Positions 27,875 to 42,135 of a stretch of DNA of 64,000 nucleotides are shown here, one piece after another. Each line of letters begins with the position of its first letter. Within the stretch, counting starts at the first letter, position 1. Source of the DNA: Eledone cirrhosa. Taxonomy: Eukaryota. A program made the position numbers and the translations under genes. The stretch is taken from assembly GCA_964016885.1 (NCBI GenBank), contig OZ024742.1, positions 354,578,001-354,642,000 on the forward strand, written 5' to 3'. The notes below the pieces were generated by a model that ran no database searches, had not been told where the DNA came from, and saw nothing but the letters and a program-made list of their open reading frames with translations.

Positions 27875-28026
27875 TATGTTTAGGGAAAATAAAAGAGCAG
27901 AGATAGAGTTATGTAGGCGTCAGAAGATATAATTAATAAGAGAAGTAAACAACAATGTTTCTCCTTTCATCTCAACTGTGGTAGCTGACGTCACCAATAT
28001 TTCCACACGAATGAAATGAAATTAAT

Positions 28027-28200
28027 TGGTGGATTGGCAGTATCGGTAGAGGGTAAGACGCCATGCTTTGCAGCAAAGAGTTACTTCCCTTTACGAACTG
28101 AGTTCAAATACTGCTTTTCATCCTTACGGGGTCGATAAAATAAAGTACCAGTAATACACTGGGATAATTGCTGGCCTTGTGCCAAAAAGTAGAAACAATT
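28027..28200 (+). mobile_element. SINE with internal deletion
   Basis: A and B boxes plus 3' consensus. Confidence 0.85.
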
Positions 28201-29104
28201 AATTTTAAAAAATAAAGCAATCATGATTTTTCGTCAATGAAATAACATAATATTAAGATATTGAAAGGGAGTTCAGCACTATTGTTCGTTTCTCTCTAAT
28301 TTGTACTCACAAATATATGAAATTACATAAGTTTTGTATATATCAAACACACACAGAAACACACACACATACACACACACACACACACATATATATAGAT
28401 ATATATATATATTATTTTGATCGAACTTCCGAACATACATATTACCATGTTACCAAATACCTTAATAGTTTTATTCCAGATAACTGGATTTCATCTAACA
28501 TATAGAAAAATTATTCTCCATCGATTAAGGTCAATAGTTTAAAGGAAATAATCACACAACCTAAATAGAATTGCGCGAAATAATGAGAGAAACTGAACCT
28601 AAATGAATATATATATGAACTTTGACTTTACTTGTACAATTCTAGTCATAGTTTAGAATATATGAATGTGTAACATCTAGAAAATGAGGTTTATTTACTG
28701 TCGGATAAGGTGTGTTGATTAAATGATCGTATTAAGGGTAATCTATGTTATACGCCTAACGCTTTCTTCTCAATTACCAGCATTGATCACAGCAAACTAT
28801 AACTGATGTCCAGTTTCCTTCTGTCCCTCTAGAGGAAATAGACACACGAATGTAATCTGATAATTTAATGAGAGATTCATATCAAAAGAAACAATATTAT
28901 TTGCGACGAGCACTGAAAGTATTAAATGTGTGGACATCATAATAGATACATAAATAACTATTGTTTCTTATTTAAGGACAATGCCTCTAGTGCATACTAA
29001 TAAAATCATGGAGTTTTCTAGAAATACTTATTCGGTAATGTCATCAGCAACAGATAATAACACCATAGATCTTTCTTTAGGGTTTACTATGCATATATAT
29101 TTTC

Positions 29105-29715
29105 TGGATTGGCAGTATCGGTAGAAGGTCGGACGTCATGCTTTGGCGCATAGAGTTACGGCCCTTGCCATTCTGAGTTCAAATCACACCAAGGTTATCT
29201 TTGACTTTAATCCTTACGGGGTCGATGAAATAAAGTATCAGTAATGGACTGGATAATTGCTGGCCTTGTGCCAAAAGTAGAAACAGTTATCTTATATTAG
29301 GCGGTGGTTTGGCAGTATCGATAGAGCGTCAGACACCATGCTTTTCAGCACAGAGTTACGGCCCTTGCCATTCTGAGTTCAAATCCCACCGAGGTTGACT
29401 TTGCCTTTCATCCTTACGGGGTCGATAAAATAAAGTACCAGTAATACACTAGACTAATTGCTGGTCTTGTGCCAAACGTAGAAACAATTATTACTCTGAA
29501 AGGGCGGTGGATTGGCAGTATCAGCAAAGCAGCGGACATGAAGCTTGGAAGCATAGAGTTACAGCCCTTTTCTCAGTTCAAATTCCACCAAGATTATCTT
29601 TGCCTTCCATCCTTACGAGTTCGATAAAATAAAGCACCTGTAATGCACTGGCTTCGATTTAACCGACACTCAGCTCTCCCAAAATTAGTCTTGTGTCTAT
29701 AGCAGAATTCATTAT
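29105..29715 (+). mobile_element. Three head-to-tail SINE copies (29105, 29300, 29502)
   Basis: Each has TGGCAGTATC, CTGAGTTCAAAT-like B box and TCCTTACGGGGTCGAT-like domain. Confidence 0.88.
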
Positions 29716-31187
29716 TACTTTGAATAAATTAGAGGGTGATATTGGCATAATCACAAGAGCGTCGAAAAACATAGTTACACATTTTTAGGGTCTAAATTTA
29801 GGTTGCCTTTGCTTTCCAGTCATAGGGGTTGGAACAAATAATGCACCAGCTATGTACCCAGGTATTCGGCCTTGTCTGAATTAGTGGCCAACAATGTTTA
29901 GAATAAATAACGTGTATTACTCGAAGGAGGAAAACAGTTTTCCATTCTGTTTGAGACATATATTTTCGCTTAATCAAGGTTATATATTTGATATGTCGTA
30001 CAATTTTAAGTCATGAATATTATAATGAATATTAATAATTATCACAACAACTTATGACGCTTGAACAGAAAGAAGAACACCAATAATATATTTATTAAAA
30101 GTCAAACAAGGACCTCCAGGCAATACTGTCAGACAGCCACTGTGGTTGATAAATAACGATACAGAAGTTCGATATATGCTTATATTATCAGTACATAGGG
30201 GAGGGAGATTGTAACTGAAATGGTTAAATATTTCTCGTTTCTATTAGTCTACAGCTTATCGTAGTGTCTTGTTTTATTATCCTGAAAACTATAATATTAA
30301 CGTTCTATACTAGATACTAGATTGCAAATACATTCATCAGGTAGTGTGGTGCTCAAGATTATGTGAATGTGACTACTGGAAGGTGTTACTATCGCCAGTT
30401 AACAGGATAGAGAAAATACTTAATTCAACAGGACTTAACCTTTTATTTTCTTAACTTTAGGATGGTTGATGTGGAATAAACTATCACCTAGGCTTCCGGG
30501 TACGTGCATTTATAGCACAAATGGCATTGGAGAAAAGGATAACTTTGCAACACATTTTCTTTCTCTAATGGATGCAGCCATTTAATATTTATTGGGAAAA
30601 CGTGGACAGCGTGGGTTCCCCAGGGTCTTGTAATTCTGTAAGAATCGAGAAAATATTTAGTGCTAGAAAAAGAATTTATAGATATTAGGGATGCTGAGAG
30701 ATTCAAAGATCTGGGCATCGAGTAATACAAAAGAAGCTAGCACCCAGTGTCAAAATACAATAGAATTCTCTAGCATCAATAAGATTTATACATTGCCGGA
30801 AATAAGTTTTATTGAAGAAATGTTTAATACATGCCCAAATGCTTAACATTATTGAGCTCGCAAATAATTAATAATTAAATGAAAAATATAGTATATATTT
30901 GATATGGTAAACCCGTGGGGAAGCAGCAGTAATGTCGGTAGGTTTCAAGACTAACAGAAGTCCATATCCACGGTTTAAGATTGGAGTTCTGAGTCTTACA
31001 TTTGTCATATTATATTAAAAACAACATTAAGTTTCCCAATGAAACAGTGTTATTGTCTTGCCTTATTTCTCTTTGTTGTCTTCGATTTGTTAATTTACCA
31101 AATTTAAATATGTTCTAACTTTGAGACGAGGTAAGATATTTTGTAGATAATATGGTTGTTAAATCAGCGAGATTTGAACAAAAGACT

Positions 31188-31238
<51 letters not shown>

Positions 31239-31303
31239 GTGATTTTTTATTTACAAAATGGAAAATAACAGAGGTGTCCTACAGGAGTGAAAGTATAAAC
31301 AGC

Positions 31304-31515
31304 AAAAGATGAAATCGAAAATGCAACTGGAGTCTTATTTTAAAAAATATATATATATTTATTCGGTCCCTTTACCGGTTTCGCAGTTCTTCTGCTTTTC
31401 AAATCTCAACTCTACTTTTGAAAAGCAGAAGAACTGCGAAACCGGTAAAGGAACCAAATAAATATGCATTTTTTTAAAAATAAGACTTCAGTTGCATTTT
31501 CGATTTCATCTTTTT
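31304..31515. repeat. Palindromic insertion with HHR-derived motif (core UUGAAAA)
   Basis: Arms ~100 bp; CUU-UUGAAAA-GCAG(AAGAA)CUGC-GAAA-CCGG-UA-AAG at 31415-31450, mirrored on the minus strand. Confidence 0.7.
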
Positions 31516-31518
31516 TTC

Positions 31519-31655
<137 letters not shown>

Positions 31656-31737
31656 GTGTAGTATGACTGCTTGGATGCGTTCATGGGCGGTATGCCAGTT
31701 GAGCACTCTATTCTCCTTCGGAGCAGTGTATGATGCT

Positions 31738-32012
31738 ATGGAAAACGAAGAATTAGTCATGCATCGGAAGAGAATTTATTACGTATTACAATTGTTTCTC
31801 CGGCAACAGCTCGAGGTGCAATCTGTTTGTGGATCAAACCTGACTCAAAATGAGAATGTGCTTCGAAATCACTAGGCGTATCTGAGGAAATTGCGAATCC
31901 AGAGACGGGTCCGATCCACAAACGGATCGCACCTCGAGCTGCTCGCCGGAAAAACTACTGTAATACGTAATAAATTGTGTCCCGAATTAAAATTGATTCT
32001 TCGTTTTCCATA
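31738..32012. repeat. Palindromic insertion with long-stem-II HHR remnant
   Basis: CGUAU-CUGAGGA (31877-31888)...UA-AUACG (31961-31967); left arm on the minus strand preserves GAAA-CAAUUG-UA-AUACG. Confidence 0.65.
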
Positions 32013-32214
32013 TTATATATATATATATATATCAAGCGTTAACCTAATATATCCTTTCCATATAATATACGGATTGTGTTGTTATTTCTGATTATCTTTT
32101 ACACACACACATACACACACACACATCCGGGGTTGACAAAACAATGCACCAGTTATGTACCGAGGTATTGCGCGTTGTCTGAATTAGATGCCGACATTAT
32201 TTTGAATAAATAAC

Positions 32215-32392
32215 TGATTCTACGTTTGGCACAAGGCCAGAAATTACCCAGTGTATTTCTGGTACTTTATTTTATCGACCCCGTAAGGATGAAAGGCAAA
32301 GTTAACCTCGGCGGGATTTGAACTCAGAATGGCAAGGGCCGTAACTCTATGCGTCAAAGCATGGCGTCCGACCCTCTACCGATACTGCCAAT
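32215..32392 (-). mobile_element. SINE with AATAAATAAC target-site duplication
   Basis: Flanks match the uninterrupted paralogous sequence at 29825-29968. Confidence 0.88.
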
Positions 32393-33333
32393 AAATAACG
32401 ACTATTACTCGAAAGAAGAAAATAATTTTCAATTCTGTTTGAGACATATATTTTCGACAATTCAGAACTAGCTGTCGAAACGGCCGCAGGTCACCCGTCG
32501 GGGTCCTGACTCTTTTCCTATTACCCACTCTACTACCCTAAGTATTGAGTACACTGCTGCACTATGGTCCACCTGCTTCCTTACCATACTTCCTTCGTTA
32601 CACACATATATATATAAATGTATGGAAAGCAATTGTGTACGTTGGTCAACAATGAAGACAATTTCAGCCATCTTCTTAGAGTGATGTGACAGTACTTAAC
32701 TCGTATTTCTATACCTATTTTTATTTGTAGGTAACGATGTCTAAATATTTCTCGTCCTATATACGAATGCCGCCTCAATAGTTCGTGGGCTGCCCAACAT
32801 ACTAGCAATATATGATCAAATGATGTTTATGGTTTAACATTGTAAGTGGAAAGCAAAAAAGCAATTATTAGTACGAAGACTTGAAATTAATGCCTGAAAC
32901 AATTTACAATCTAGACTACCAATCTCGAAGCCGTACCTCCTACGTTAGACGTATATGTGAGCTGAATAGTTTTCAGTAACCTTTTAAAGTGCAGTCATAA
33001 CAGATGTATATATAGGTATGGTGACAGTGACAGGCCGCCAGATATTGTTAGGCATTCCTTTGAAAGGCGTTTGAACGTTTTCGTTGTATGTCGGTCATGT
33101 TAATTTAGGGATTAGCATGAGAGATTTACCATATTTATTTTCCGTGTAAAGCCATTCAGTTTTCAATGCGAAGATATTTTCTTGATGTGTTCCCAGTGTT
33201 TTTCGGGGTTTTATTCATGAAATTAATGCTTTTCTGGCAATAGATATTTTAAGTTGAATATAGATGGTATCAGTCAGCGGGTGGTTCAGTTCGTACGAAT
33301 TGAGGTGCGTCCTACACACATACACATACACAT

Positions 33334-33402
<69 letters not shown>

Positions 33403-33537
33403 GGTGTGTGGGTGTGTGTGTATATGTATATATATATAGTGGTAGAACACTGGAAGGTAATATCCGTAGTTGTAGAGCACTCAGTCTATGGGACGAGTTA
33501 GGTAGCAGTGGTTACACAACAGTTAGTTCACCATACT

Positions 33538-34070
33538 GAGAACAATTGTTTCACCTTAGCGGATCCTCAGCTCGTAATGGACATGGTTATACAGAACCGG
33601 AAGGGCAATCGCACCAACGCGCATGCGCAGAAACGATTTCTTCACACAGGCAATACTGAATTGCTTGCAAGAGGTGTAAGGGAGATAACAAAACCATCAC
33701 TAAGTCCAAGCCATACGCAAGGGGCAATCCGTCATGTGGACTATGTATTGATGAACGAATAAATATTCTAAAGAGATTACGCAATAGTGATGGCCTAAAC
33801 TTAAGGAATGAATTCTTCAACCGTCGTCCACACGTCTGGAAACACCATAGCTACAAATTTCCGGATTGAATTACAACAACATCCTAATTTTCTTATCAAC
33901 TAGAAACCTCCGGACATTTACAGCTATCTCCCTTACACGCCTCGCACGTAATTTAGTATTGCCTGTGTGAAGTGATCGTTTCTGTGCATGCTCGTTCGCA
34001 CAGTTGTCCTTCCGTTTCCATATAACCATGTCCATTACGAGCTAAGGAGCCGCTATGGTAAAATAATTGT
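33538..34070. repeat. Inverted-arm element with HHR motif (33538-33573, minus strand)
   Basis: GAG-CUGAGGA-UCC(GCUAA)GGU-GAAA-CAAUUG-UU-CUC; arms 33540-33690 versus 33922-34070. Confidence 0.65.
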
Positions 34071-34079
34071 TGTGTACCC

Positions 34080-34174
<95 letters not shown>

Positions 34175-34261
34175 GGAAAATTTGAACAGGAACAAAACAG
34201 AGAGGCAGTACAACGAATGTTTATTAATTTCACGTTCTGGAGAGTGGGGTGGTGGTGGGAA

Positions 34262-34293
34262 ACGACGTTTCGGGCATAAGCCCTTCCTCAGGT
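34262..34293 (-). ncRNA. Minimal hammerhead core in the pLTR (stem I weak)
   Basis: CUGAGGA-A-GGGC(UUAU)GCCC-GAAA-CG-UC. Confidence 0.6.
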
Positions 34294-35801
34294 GAGAAGT
34301 GTGTGAGAAGAGAGTTCAAAGGGTGTGTAGCGGAGTGGTGGAGAGACATATAGCGAAAAGAGGGTGAGAGGAAACGGTGCGAATGAAATTAAAAATAAAA
34401 ATAAAAATAAAGCATGATCAAAATAAAATGAAATGAAATAAAATTAAATATAAAAGCATGATCAAAATAAACTGAAATTAAAAAGGGGTAAAACAGGTGG
34501 TGGAAGGGTGTGGGGTATGTAGGGGTGGTGGCGGGTGGAGTGGGGAGAGGGATACGGGGTGTCCGAGAGGGGAGGGCTTAAGGTGATGTGTGTGTGTAGG
34601 TGTACGTGTGTGTGTGTGTGTAGGTGTACGTGTGTGTGTGTGTGTATGTGAAAGCAAGGGTTGGGGGAAGAACGGGGTTGCATGTTCAGGAAGAGGTGTG
34701 TGTGTGGCGGGGTGTAGGTCGGAGTGTCTGTGCATGTGTGGATAGAGGGGTGGGGTAGAAGAATCCGGAGGCTGAAGGTGTAAATATGTGGTGGAAAGCA
34801 CGTGTGTGTGGGGTTTAAGCGTGTTGTGGGTGTAGGTGGCGTGTGGGAGAAAAAGCGTGTGTGGGTGAGTTATATAGGTGATTCCGTAAGAGGATGTGGT
34901 TGAAATGTTGGTAAACTCCTATGATGTTAGTAGATTCCACGGTGGTCAAGTACCACATACGAGTATTCCATGAAGAGATGGTCGGAAGAGGAGAGATGTG
35001 GGGTGCGCGCGCAACAGGAAGTGGTCAAGGCGGTGGGAGTGATGTGTGTCTGTTTGTGCTGTGAGGTGGTCAGAGGGCATAGCAACAGTCGGGCGGAATG
35101 ATAAAGGGGCGAGGATGGGTAGGTGTGAAAGTTGGAGTGAGAAGGGTGTAGTGTGTGTATTAGTGGAGGTGTTAGTGGGATGAGTGAGTGTGGAGAAAGG
35201 GTGTGGGTGGAGCGGGGAGAGAAGGGTGTGGGGGTCGATGGACGGAATGTGGTGTACTGGTGTGTGTGTAGTTTGATGAAGGGGGTGTTAGTGGGTGTTA
35301 GTATACGGGAGGTGGGGAAAGGGTTGAATGCAGGTGTGAGTGGGGGTTAGTGGTGGTAGGGTGTGTAGAGTTGGTGGTGTACGTTGGTGGTGTACGAGGG
35401 CGTGCGTGGGCTTGGGGTGGTGTTAGTGATGTTAGTTGCGTGTGGGGTGGGTGGTGTAAGTGGGTGTGTGTGTTCGTGTGCTTGGGATCAGGGGGTGTTA
35501 GTGATGTTAGTTGCGGGGTGGTGGGATGGAGGTGTGGGGGTGAGGGTTAGTGGTGGTAGAAGGGGGGGTGTTTAGTGTGAGCGCGTGTATATATGTGCCG
35601 GTGGGTGTGTGCGTGTGATAAGGATGAGGAGGAGGAGAAGAAGAAGGGAGGGATGTTAGTATGTTAGTTGGGGAGGGGTGGTCGGATGAAGGGTGGAGTG
35701 AAGGTGTTAGTATTGTTAGTTGTGGGGTGGGCGGTGAAAAGGAGGTGTGTGTTAGTGGTGTTAGTGGGGGATATGTGTGGGGGGAGGGGGGCGGTCGAAG
35801 G

Positions 35802-37392
35802 CTAAAGGAATAAGGGTGGGGAGTTCAGGCCGAGGGGAGTGTGGGTCTGTAAGATGAAGATGGTTCTTTGTTCGACTCTGAGGAGATTGGCGGGTGTTCC
35901 GTGGCATTGGAGTAGGCCACAGACTGTGAGATGGCGTGCGGAATGTCCAGGGGCACCAAAGTGGGGGGCGATGGGGGAACTACCACCGAGACAAATATCC
36001 CGGAGGTGCTCTGTGAATCGGTCCGCCAGGCGACGTCCCATCTGTCCGTAGACTTGGTTGGAGGAGGTGCAGCGGAAGGAATGCCGGACAGAGAGAGAGT
36101 GGCCGTTGGGACCCTGGAAGTTGGTGGTGTTGGTGATGTGGAGACAGGTGTTGCAGCGGGGCCTAGAACAGGGAAAGGAACGGGGGGGAAATAGCGTGGG
36201 TTGTGGGGTAGGGAGCTGTGGACGAGGAGGGTGCGGAGATTGCGTGCGCGTTTGAAGAAGGGAAGTGGTGGGGTTAGGAAGATGTGGGAGGTGGAGGGGT
36301 CGGACTGGAGGCGTCAGAAGAGGCGGCGGATGGTGCGGTGGAGGGGTGGTGGGTGATTGGGAAGGGGAGACGGTGGGTGGGTGTGCGGTGGCGTGGGGTG
36401 GTGGTGGTGGAGCGGTGGACAGCACGGGCGCGTGTGAGAGCGGTGTGAACGAGAGAGGGGGGGGGGGGGGTAACCTCTGCTGATGAAATGGCTGACTAGG
36501 GAAAGTTCCTGGGACTCGAAGTCAGCATCTCGGCTACAGAGACGGCGGATCCTGAGGAGTTGGGAGTAGGGAATGGAGTGTTTAGTGTAGGTGGGGTGGG
36601 AAGAGGGGAAGTCGAGGTAAGAGTGGGAGTCGGTGGGTTTGAAGAAGGCGGAGGTGACGAGGGAGTGGTGGGAGGGGTCGAAGGTGACGGAGATGTCTAA
36701 GAAGTGGACGTGGGTGGTGGAGATAGAGGTTGTGAAGTGGAAGGAGGGGTGGAAGGATCAGAAGAAGGAGAGAAAGGAGTCGAGCTGTTCTCGGGTGATG
36801 GTCGTGGCTCCGATACAGTCGTCAATGTAACGACCGTACAGTTCGGGCGTGGGGCCGGTGTACTGGGCAAAGATTTGGGCCTCAACATGGCCAACAAAAA
36901 GGTTGGCATAGTTCGGGCCCATTCTTGTACCCATGGCTACCCCCGTGACCTGTTGGTAAAACTTAGCCGAGAAGGAGAAACATTTGAGGGTGAGGACTAG
37001 CTCGGCGAGGCGAAGGAGGGTGGGGTGGAGGGAATGGGGGAGGGGCGAAGGTCGAGGTAGTGTTTGAGGGCGCGTAGGCCGTCGGCGTGGGGGATGACGG
37101 TATAGATGGACTTGATGTCTAGGGTGAAGAGGAAGGGCTGTGGGCCGGGTGTGTAGGGGAAGCAGTCGAAAAGGCGCAGGGCGTGGTTGGTGTCGGAGAT
37201 GTGGGAGGGGAGGGTGGTGACAAGGGGGGCGAGGATGGAGTCGAGAAAGACGGAGATGAGTTCGGTGGGGCAGTTGCAAGCGGAGACGATGGGGCGGCCA
37301 GGGTTGTCGGGTTTGTGGAGTTTGGGGAGGAAGTAGATGGTGGGGGTGCGGGGGTGCGAGCGTTTAGGTGGGAGGGGGGGGGGGGGCGACAA
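35802..37392 (-). pseudogene. Penelope-like RT + zinc finger + GIY-YIG, frameshifted
   Basis: YFLPKLHKPDNPGRPIVS, LFTLDIKSIYTVIPH, QQVTGVAMGTRMGPNYANLF, GRYIDD, PCSRPRCNTC, RRLADRFTEHLRDI, PLGLN. Confidence 0.92.
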
Positions 37393-38127
37393 AGTCTTGG
37401 ATGGTGGAGGAAACTTGTTGTTGGTAGAGGGGTATATATATATATAACGTTATTCAATTAATTGCAAGGAAGTTGTATATGTATAGATGAAAGAACATAG
37501 AAACAAGACTTTATAGATTTGTCTTGGTGAGTGGGTGTATGTTTTGTCTATGTGTCTCCCTGTTTTTATGTGTGTCTCTGTAAACGTGTATTTCTTTGTA
37601 TGTATACTTGTGTGTGTATGATGCCGGTGTGTATGTGTGTGTATATGTGTATGGGTTTGTGTGTGTGTGTTTGTGAGTATGTGTGTGTGTGTTTGTGTGT
37701 GCGTTACAGCACTATGTTGAGAAACTCATGAAAGTAGGCGGTTTCTATTTACACATAGATGTTTTGGTTGTAAAATAAAACTTATTCATTCTCTTTTAGA
37801 TGTTAATTTTCTTGTAAGATAGGTGACAGATATCATAGCCGTAACTTTTAGATGGTTCACTGAACAACGACATGTAAAGTAATTACTTGAAACTACTACA
37901 TCAATGAAAATATTTGATGTGGGACTCACTTATCCAAATACTTCAGCTAAAGTTATGATTAATATAACCATATTTGTACATGTAAATGTTGATATAGAGT
38001 TCAATAATAGAAAAAGAAAATGCACTATACTTAGGTCTATATTACGAACATTTCCCCATCACGCCAGCGTTAAAATACGATTTCCATATATATATATATA
38101 TATATACACGCACACACACAAACGCAT

Positions 38128-38244
<117 letters not shown>

Positions 38245-38381
38245 GTATATATACTCACAGATATATGTGCATAAATACATATATATAATATATTATATAG
38301 GAAAAAGTATGCCCATGACGGCAGAGCTTAAGCCGTGTCGACGGCTATTTCTGAACTGTATATTTATATATAAATAGTTAA

Positions 38382-38417
<36 letters not shown>

Positions 38418-38418
<1 letters not shown>

Positions 38419-39170
38419 CTTTTATCCTTCTATGTTGTTTACATGTCCCCCTCGCTTTACGCGAATTACTGGTCCCAATAACTTGTTTTAGTTATCGCTC
38501 GCACCAACCGGAGGTACCTGATTTTTAATGCGATGAAATATCAATGATGGCTGGAAAATCTCTGTCGAAGGACTATTTTTATCATATTTAACCCATGTGC
38601 AAACCACGCAGTATTCTTCTTTCTTCTCATGTTTTTTATATATATTTACCGCGGCTGCGTATATCTGTTTCTCGCTTACCGCTTCCCCGCTCTCTCTGTT
38701 TCTCTCACCTTCTTTCGCCCCCTCTGTCAGTTACACTTTCTCTCGACTGACCTCTTCCTCACACTTCCACTCACTCACTCTCTGTTTATCCCCTTCTCAC
38801 TTCCTCCCGTTTGGCTTGTGTGGGTCTCTTCTTGCTTACACCTCACACACATCGACACGGTCTGTACCTCTCTCGCTCATGAAATCCAGCCAGCTTATGC
38901 TGACCGGACAACAATGTTGCTTGTTTATTTTCCTATCTCCGGTTTGCTTTTATCCTTCTTATGTTGTTTACTCGTCCCGCTCGCTTTACGCGAATTACTG
39001 GTCCTGATAACATTTTTTAGTTATTGCTCGCACCAACCTGTGTTATCTGACTTTTAATGCGATGAAATACCAATGATGGTTGGAAAATCACTGACGAAGG
39101 ACTATTTTTATCATACGTAACCCATGTGCAAACCACGCAGTATTCCTCTTTCTTCTCATGTTTTTTAATA
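38418..39170. repeat. Partial tandem (~530-bp offset) between (TA)n tracts
   Basis: 38418-38642 is repeated at 38946-39170. Confidence 0.8.
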
Positions 39171-39351
39171 TATATATATATAAATGCATGTATGTATGTA
39201 TGTATGTATGCATATATGTTTGCTGAAATGTGATGACTGAATTTAAATATATAGAAAAGTAAACAAACAAAGCGAGAGAGGTGGGAGAGATAGAGATAGA
39301 TATATAGATAAATAGATAAATAGATAGAGATATGGAGAGAGGGAGCGAGAT

Positions 39352-39383
<32 letters not shown>

Positions 39384-39389
39384 CAAGCT

Positions 39390-39460
<71 letters not shown>

Positions 39461-40128
39461 ACTATTCCAACGCAATAGTGTGTAATAACGGGGAAATGTT
39501 TGCTATGTCTCGGAAATGACCATTTAAAGAAAATTAATGGAACATAAAATAGCCTGTTGGTAACACGAGGTCATATGTGATGTATATAGCGACAAGCTAA
39601 ATGCCAATCAATTATGAAAGAAATTATACAAGATCTAAGTAACAAAACACCAACACAACATTCACCGTCCGGGAGACAAATAACATTTAAATGAGAGAGA
39701 AAATATATAAATCAATGCCGTGTTTTGATTAAAATACGTATTATATCCCACCTTATTTGCTTGCATGGTCATCAGCGAAAATGGTTCGCTGACGTTAAAT
39801 AATTCACTGAATCGATAGTGAATGATAAACATCCTGAATGCAAGGTGGATGTAACATAGATGACAAAACAATGGCTTTATAGTCTGTATTGAATGATGCG
39901 ATAATATAAAATATATAACGCGTTGGTAGATTTCTGAAAAATGAAAAAAGAGAAAAAACACCAAAGAATATCTATGATCTCAGACTGGTTTGTTGATTTT
40001 GTAATAGATAGTTTACACTCAATTTATCCTAGAATAAAAGAGATGTAGAGATTACTCTGTAATATCAAATATATATATATACATATATCATAACACATAT
40101 ATACATTTGTAAGTATATGAGCTTATAT

Positions 40129-40191
<63 letters not shown>

Positions 40192-40939
40192 ATGCATATG
40201 CACTTATACATAATACATCCACACACTCACTCCGCTATATTAATATATGGCGGGGTGATGCACTCATATATATATGGATATATGTACACATTCACACACT
40301 CATTCTCGACCCCCCCCGTCACACACACACACACATACATACACACACACAGACACACACACACATATATATATATATATACTAAATATATTTATTCTTC
40401 AAATATAAGGAATGACGTAAGATGTTCTCCTAGTCTGACAGATAAGAAGAATAAAAGGAGAGAAAAAAGTGAATGGTTAATGTTCCACGACCCCACCATT
40501 GATTTGACGAATAATGGCGGTCGGTAACTTGAAGAAAGTTGAAATATCTTTCACGTTAATGTTAAATCTTTATATTTGCATTATATAGTTTTGTAGCGAA
40601 GGAACAGGTCACATGTTTCGTATGGCTAAAAAAAAATATCTTCCCCAAGATAAGACACTAAGTAATTTCAGGTTTGCTATTCAGCACCTGCTTTGTAATG
40701 AGTTGATTAAAGGTCACAGACATCATTTCACCAACATGTACTTCAATCTATTCTCCTATTCTGTTGTCTGCGAATTTCTTTATTGACCTTTGCAACTATA
40801 ACAAGATAATGCTATCTAGGTGGTATACCATCTAAAGAATTATAGGATTCAACATTTATCGATATCTTACAAAAGTATATAAGAGTAATTGTCTTCAAGC
40901 GTCACAGCCCTCAGCCAATCAAATGGTGCTATTGTTGAA

Positions 40940-41690
40940 ATCTACACATTAGTCTTCTATAGAGGAAGGTACAAGAGACAACGTCATGGGGAGACTCTGG
41001 GCTTCGACTAAAATCAACTAGACACTCTTTTCCAGAGGAATTTCGGTCTATGTCCTTTGATTGACTTCCAGAAATACCAGCCTGTCAGTGTGCCGAGGAG
41101 CATTGCCAGTTTGAGATGAACTCTACAAGCTTGAACTACCGTCAGCTGGGCATGTTTGAGGTGACCGTACGGCAATGAAAAGGCCCTGCATACACTCATC
41201 GAGTGTCGAAACATTGCTGAGCAGTGCATTTATGTTGAGCACCTGCTGTCATGTATAGAACGGATCTGACTATCGACTGAGTACATTAGGAATATTGCTT
41301 TGTCGTCTTCCTTTAGAGGAGAAGGACAGGCAGTGTTTTATATGCCTGGTGGCCATGGAAAAGATATCATGTCGTGGAGGCGTTTGGCGAAGGCCTTATT
41401 CACTTTTTCACTTGAAGAGGAAATTCAGGGAGGTTAGGAAATGTTTGCCTACCAGCCACTATGTTGAAAAGGGGGTGAGGGTGTTGAGCATGCTCTGTCT
41501 GAGTGGGCCAACTTTGAGCATAGGACTGTAGATTGGAGAAACAACTGAGAGAGGGCACTTTAGCAGAGCAGCCAGTTGACTGTGGCCTCTGTGGGATTTC
41601 TCCACCAGTGACAGTTGGAGTCTCCTCCATATTTCAGTACTCTTCCTTATCAGTCCACCTATGCCGACACTGGTATTGTATAGGCCTTAA
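40940..41690 (-). mobile_element. Highly degenerate LINE fragment (possibly RTE)
   Basis: Higher GC; weak motifs YAQSWPT and LPYGHLKH resembling RTE YGSESW and LLYGELK. Confidence 0.3.
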
Positions 41691-41749
41691 GATGCAACAT
41701 TTTACCACTTGATATTGATAGATCTTTATACTTACTGAGCTTTCGAAAA

Positions 41750-42135
41750 TATGTTACGGCTCTTTACTATACGAGTTAAAATCCCATCGAGGTTAGCTTT
41801 ACCTTTCATTATTACGGTGTCGATAAAATGAAGTAGAAGCAATGTACTGGGGTCAATTTAATCGATTCCCCTACTCCTAATATTGTTGGCGGTGTGCCTA
41901 TAGTATAAATCGAGGGCGGTGGATTGGCAATATCGGTAGGGCGTCCAACCATATGTTTTGTGGCATAGTGTTCCGGCCCTTTAGGTTCTGAATTTATATC
42001 CCACCGAGATGAGGTTTGTCTTTGATCCATTCAGGGTCGATAAAATAAAGCACCAGTAACACACTGGGGTCTCTTTAATTCACATTTTCCTCCCCTTCAA
42101 ATTGCTGACCATGTGCCTAAAGTAGAAACAATTTT
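41750..42135 (+). mobile_element. Two diverged tandem SINE copies
   Basis: GGCGGTGGATTGGCAATATCGG head at ~41914; Nin/Deu-like domains at ~41790 and ~42005. Confidence 0.78.

Larger units (their letters stand above)
34172..37430 (-). mobile_element. 5'-truncated Penelope-like element (Neptune-like), C-rich sense strand
   Basis: RT and GIY-YIG motifs, long low-complexity 3' region, HHR core and AATAAA near the 3' end, (TA)n on both sides. Confidence 0.9.

Noticed and set aside
29300-29390. tRNA gene (A and B boxes)
   Set aside because: It is the tRNA-derived SINE head; no complete cloverleaf and it continues into the SINE body
30440-30730. Possible host exon on the minus strand in unique sequence
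   Set aside because: Plausible splice-like motifs but no recognisable protein similarity; needs RNA-seq
38870-39145. HHR candidates in the 530-bp partial tandem (CTCATGA..., CTGACGA...)
   Set aside because: Core or stems too degenerate to support a call
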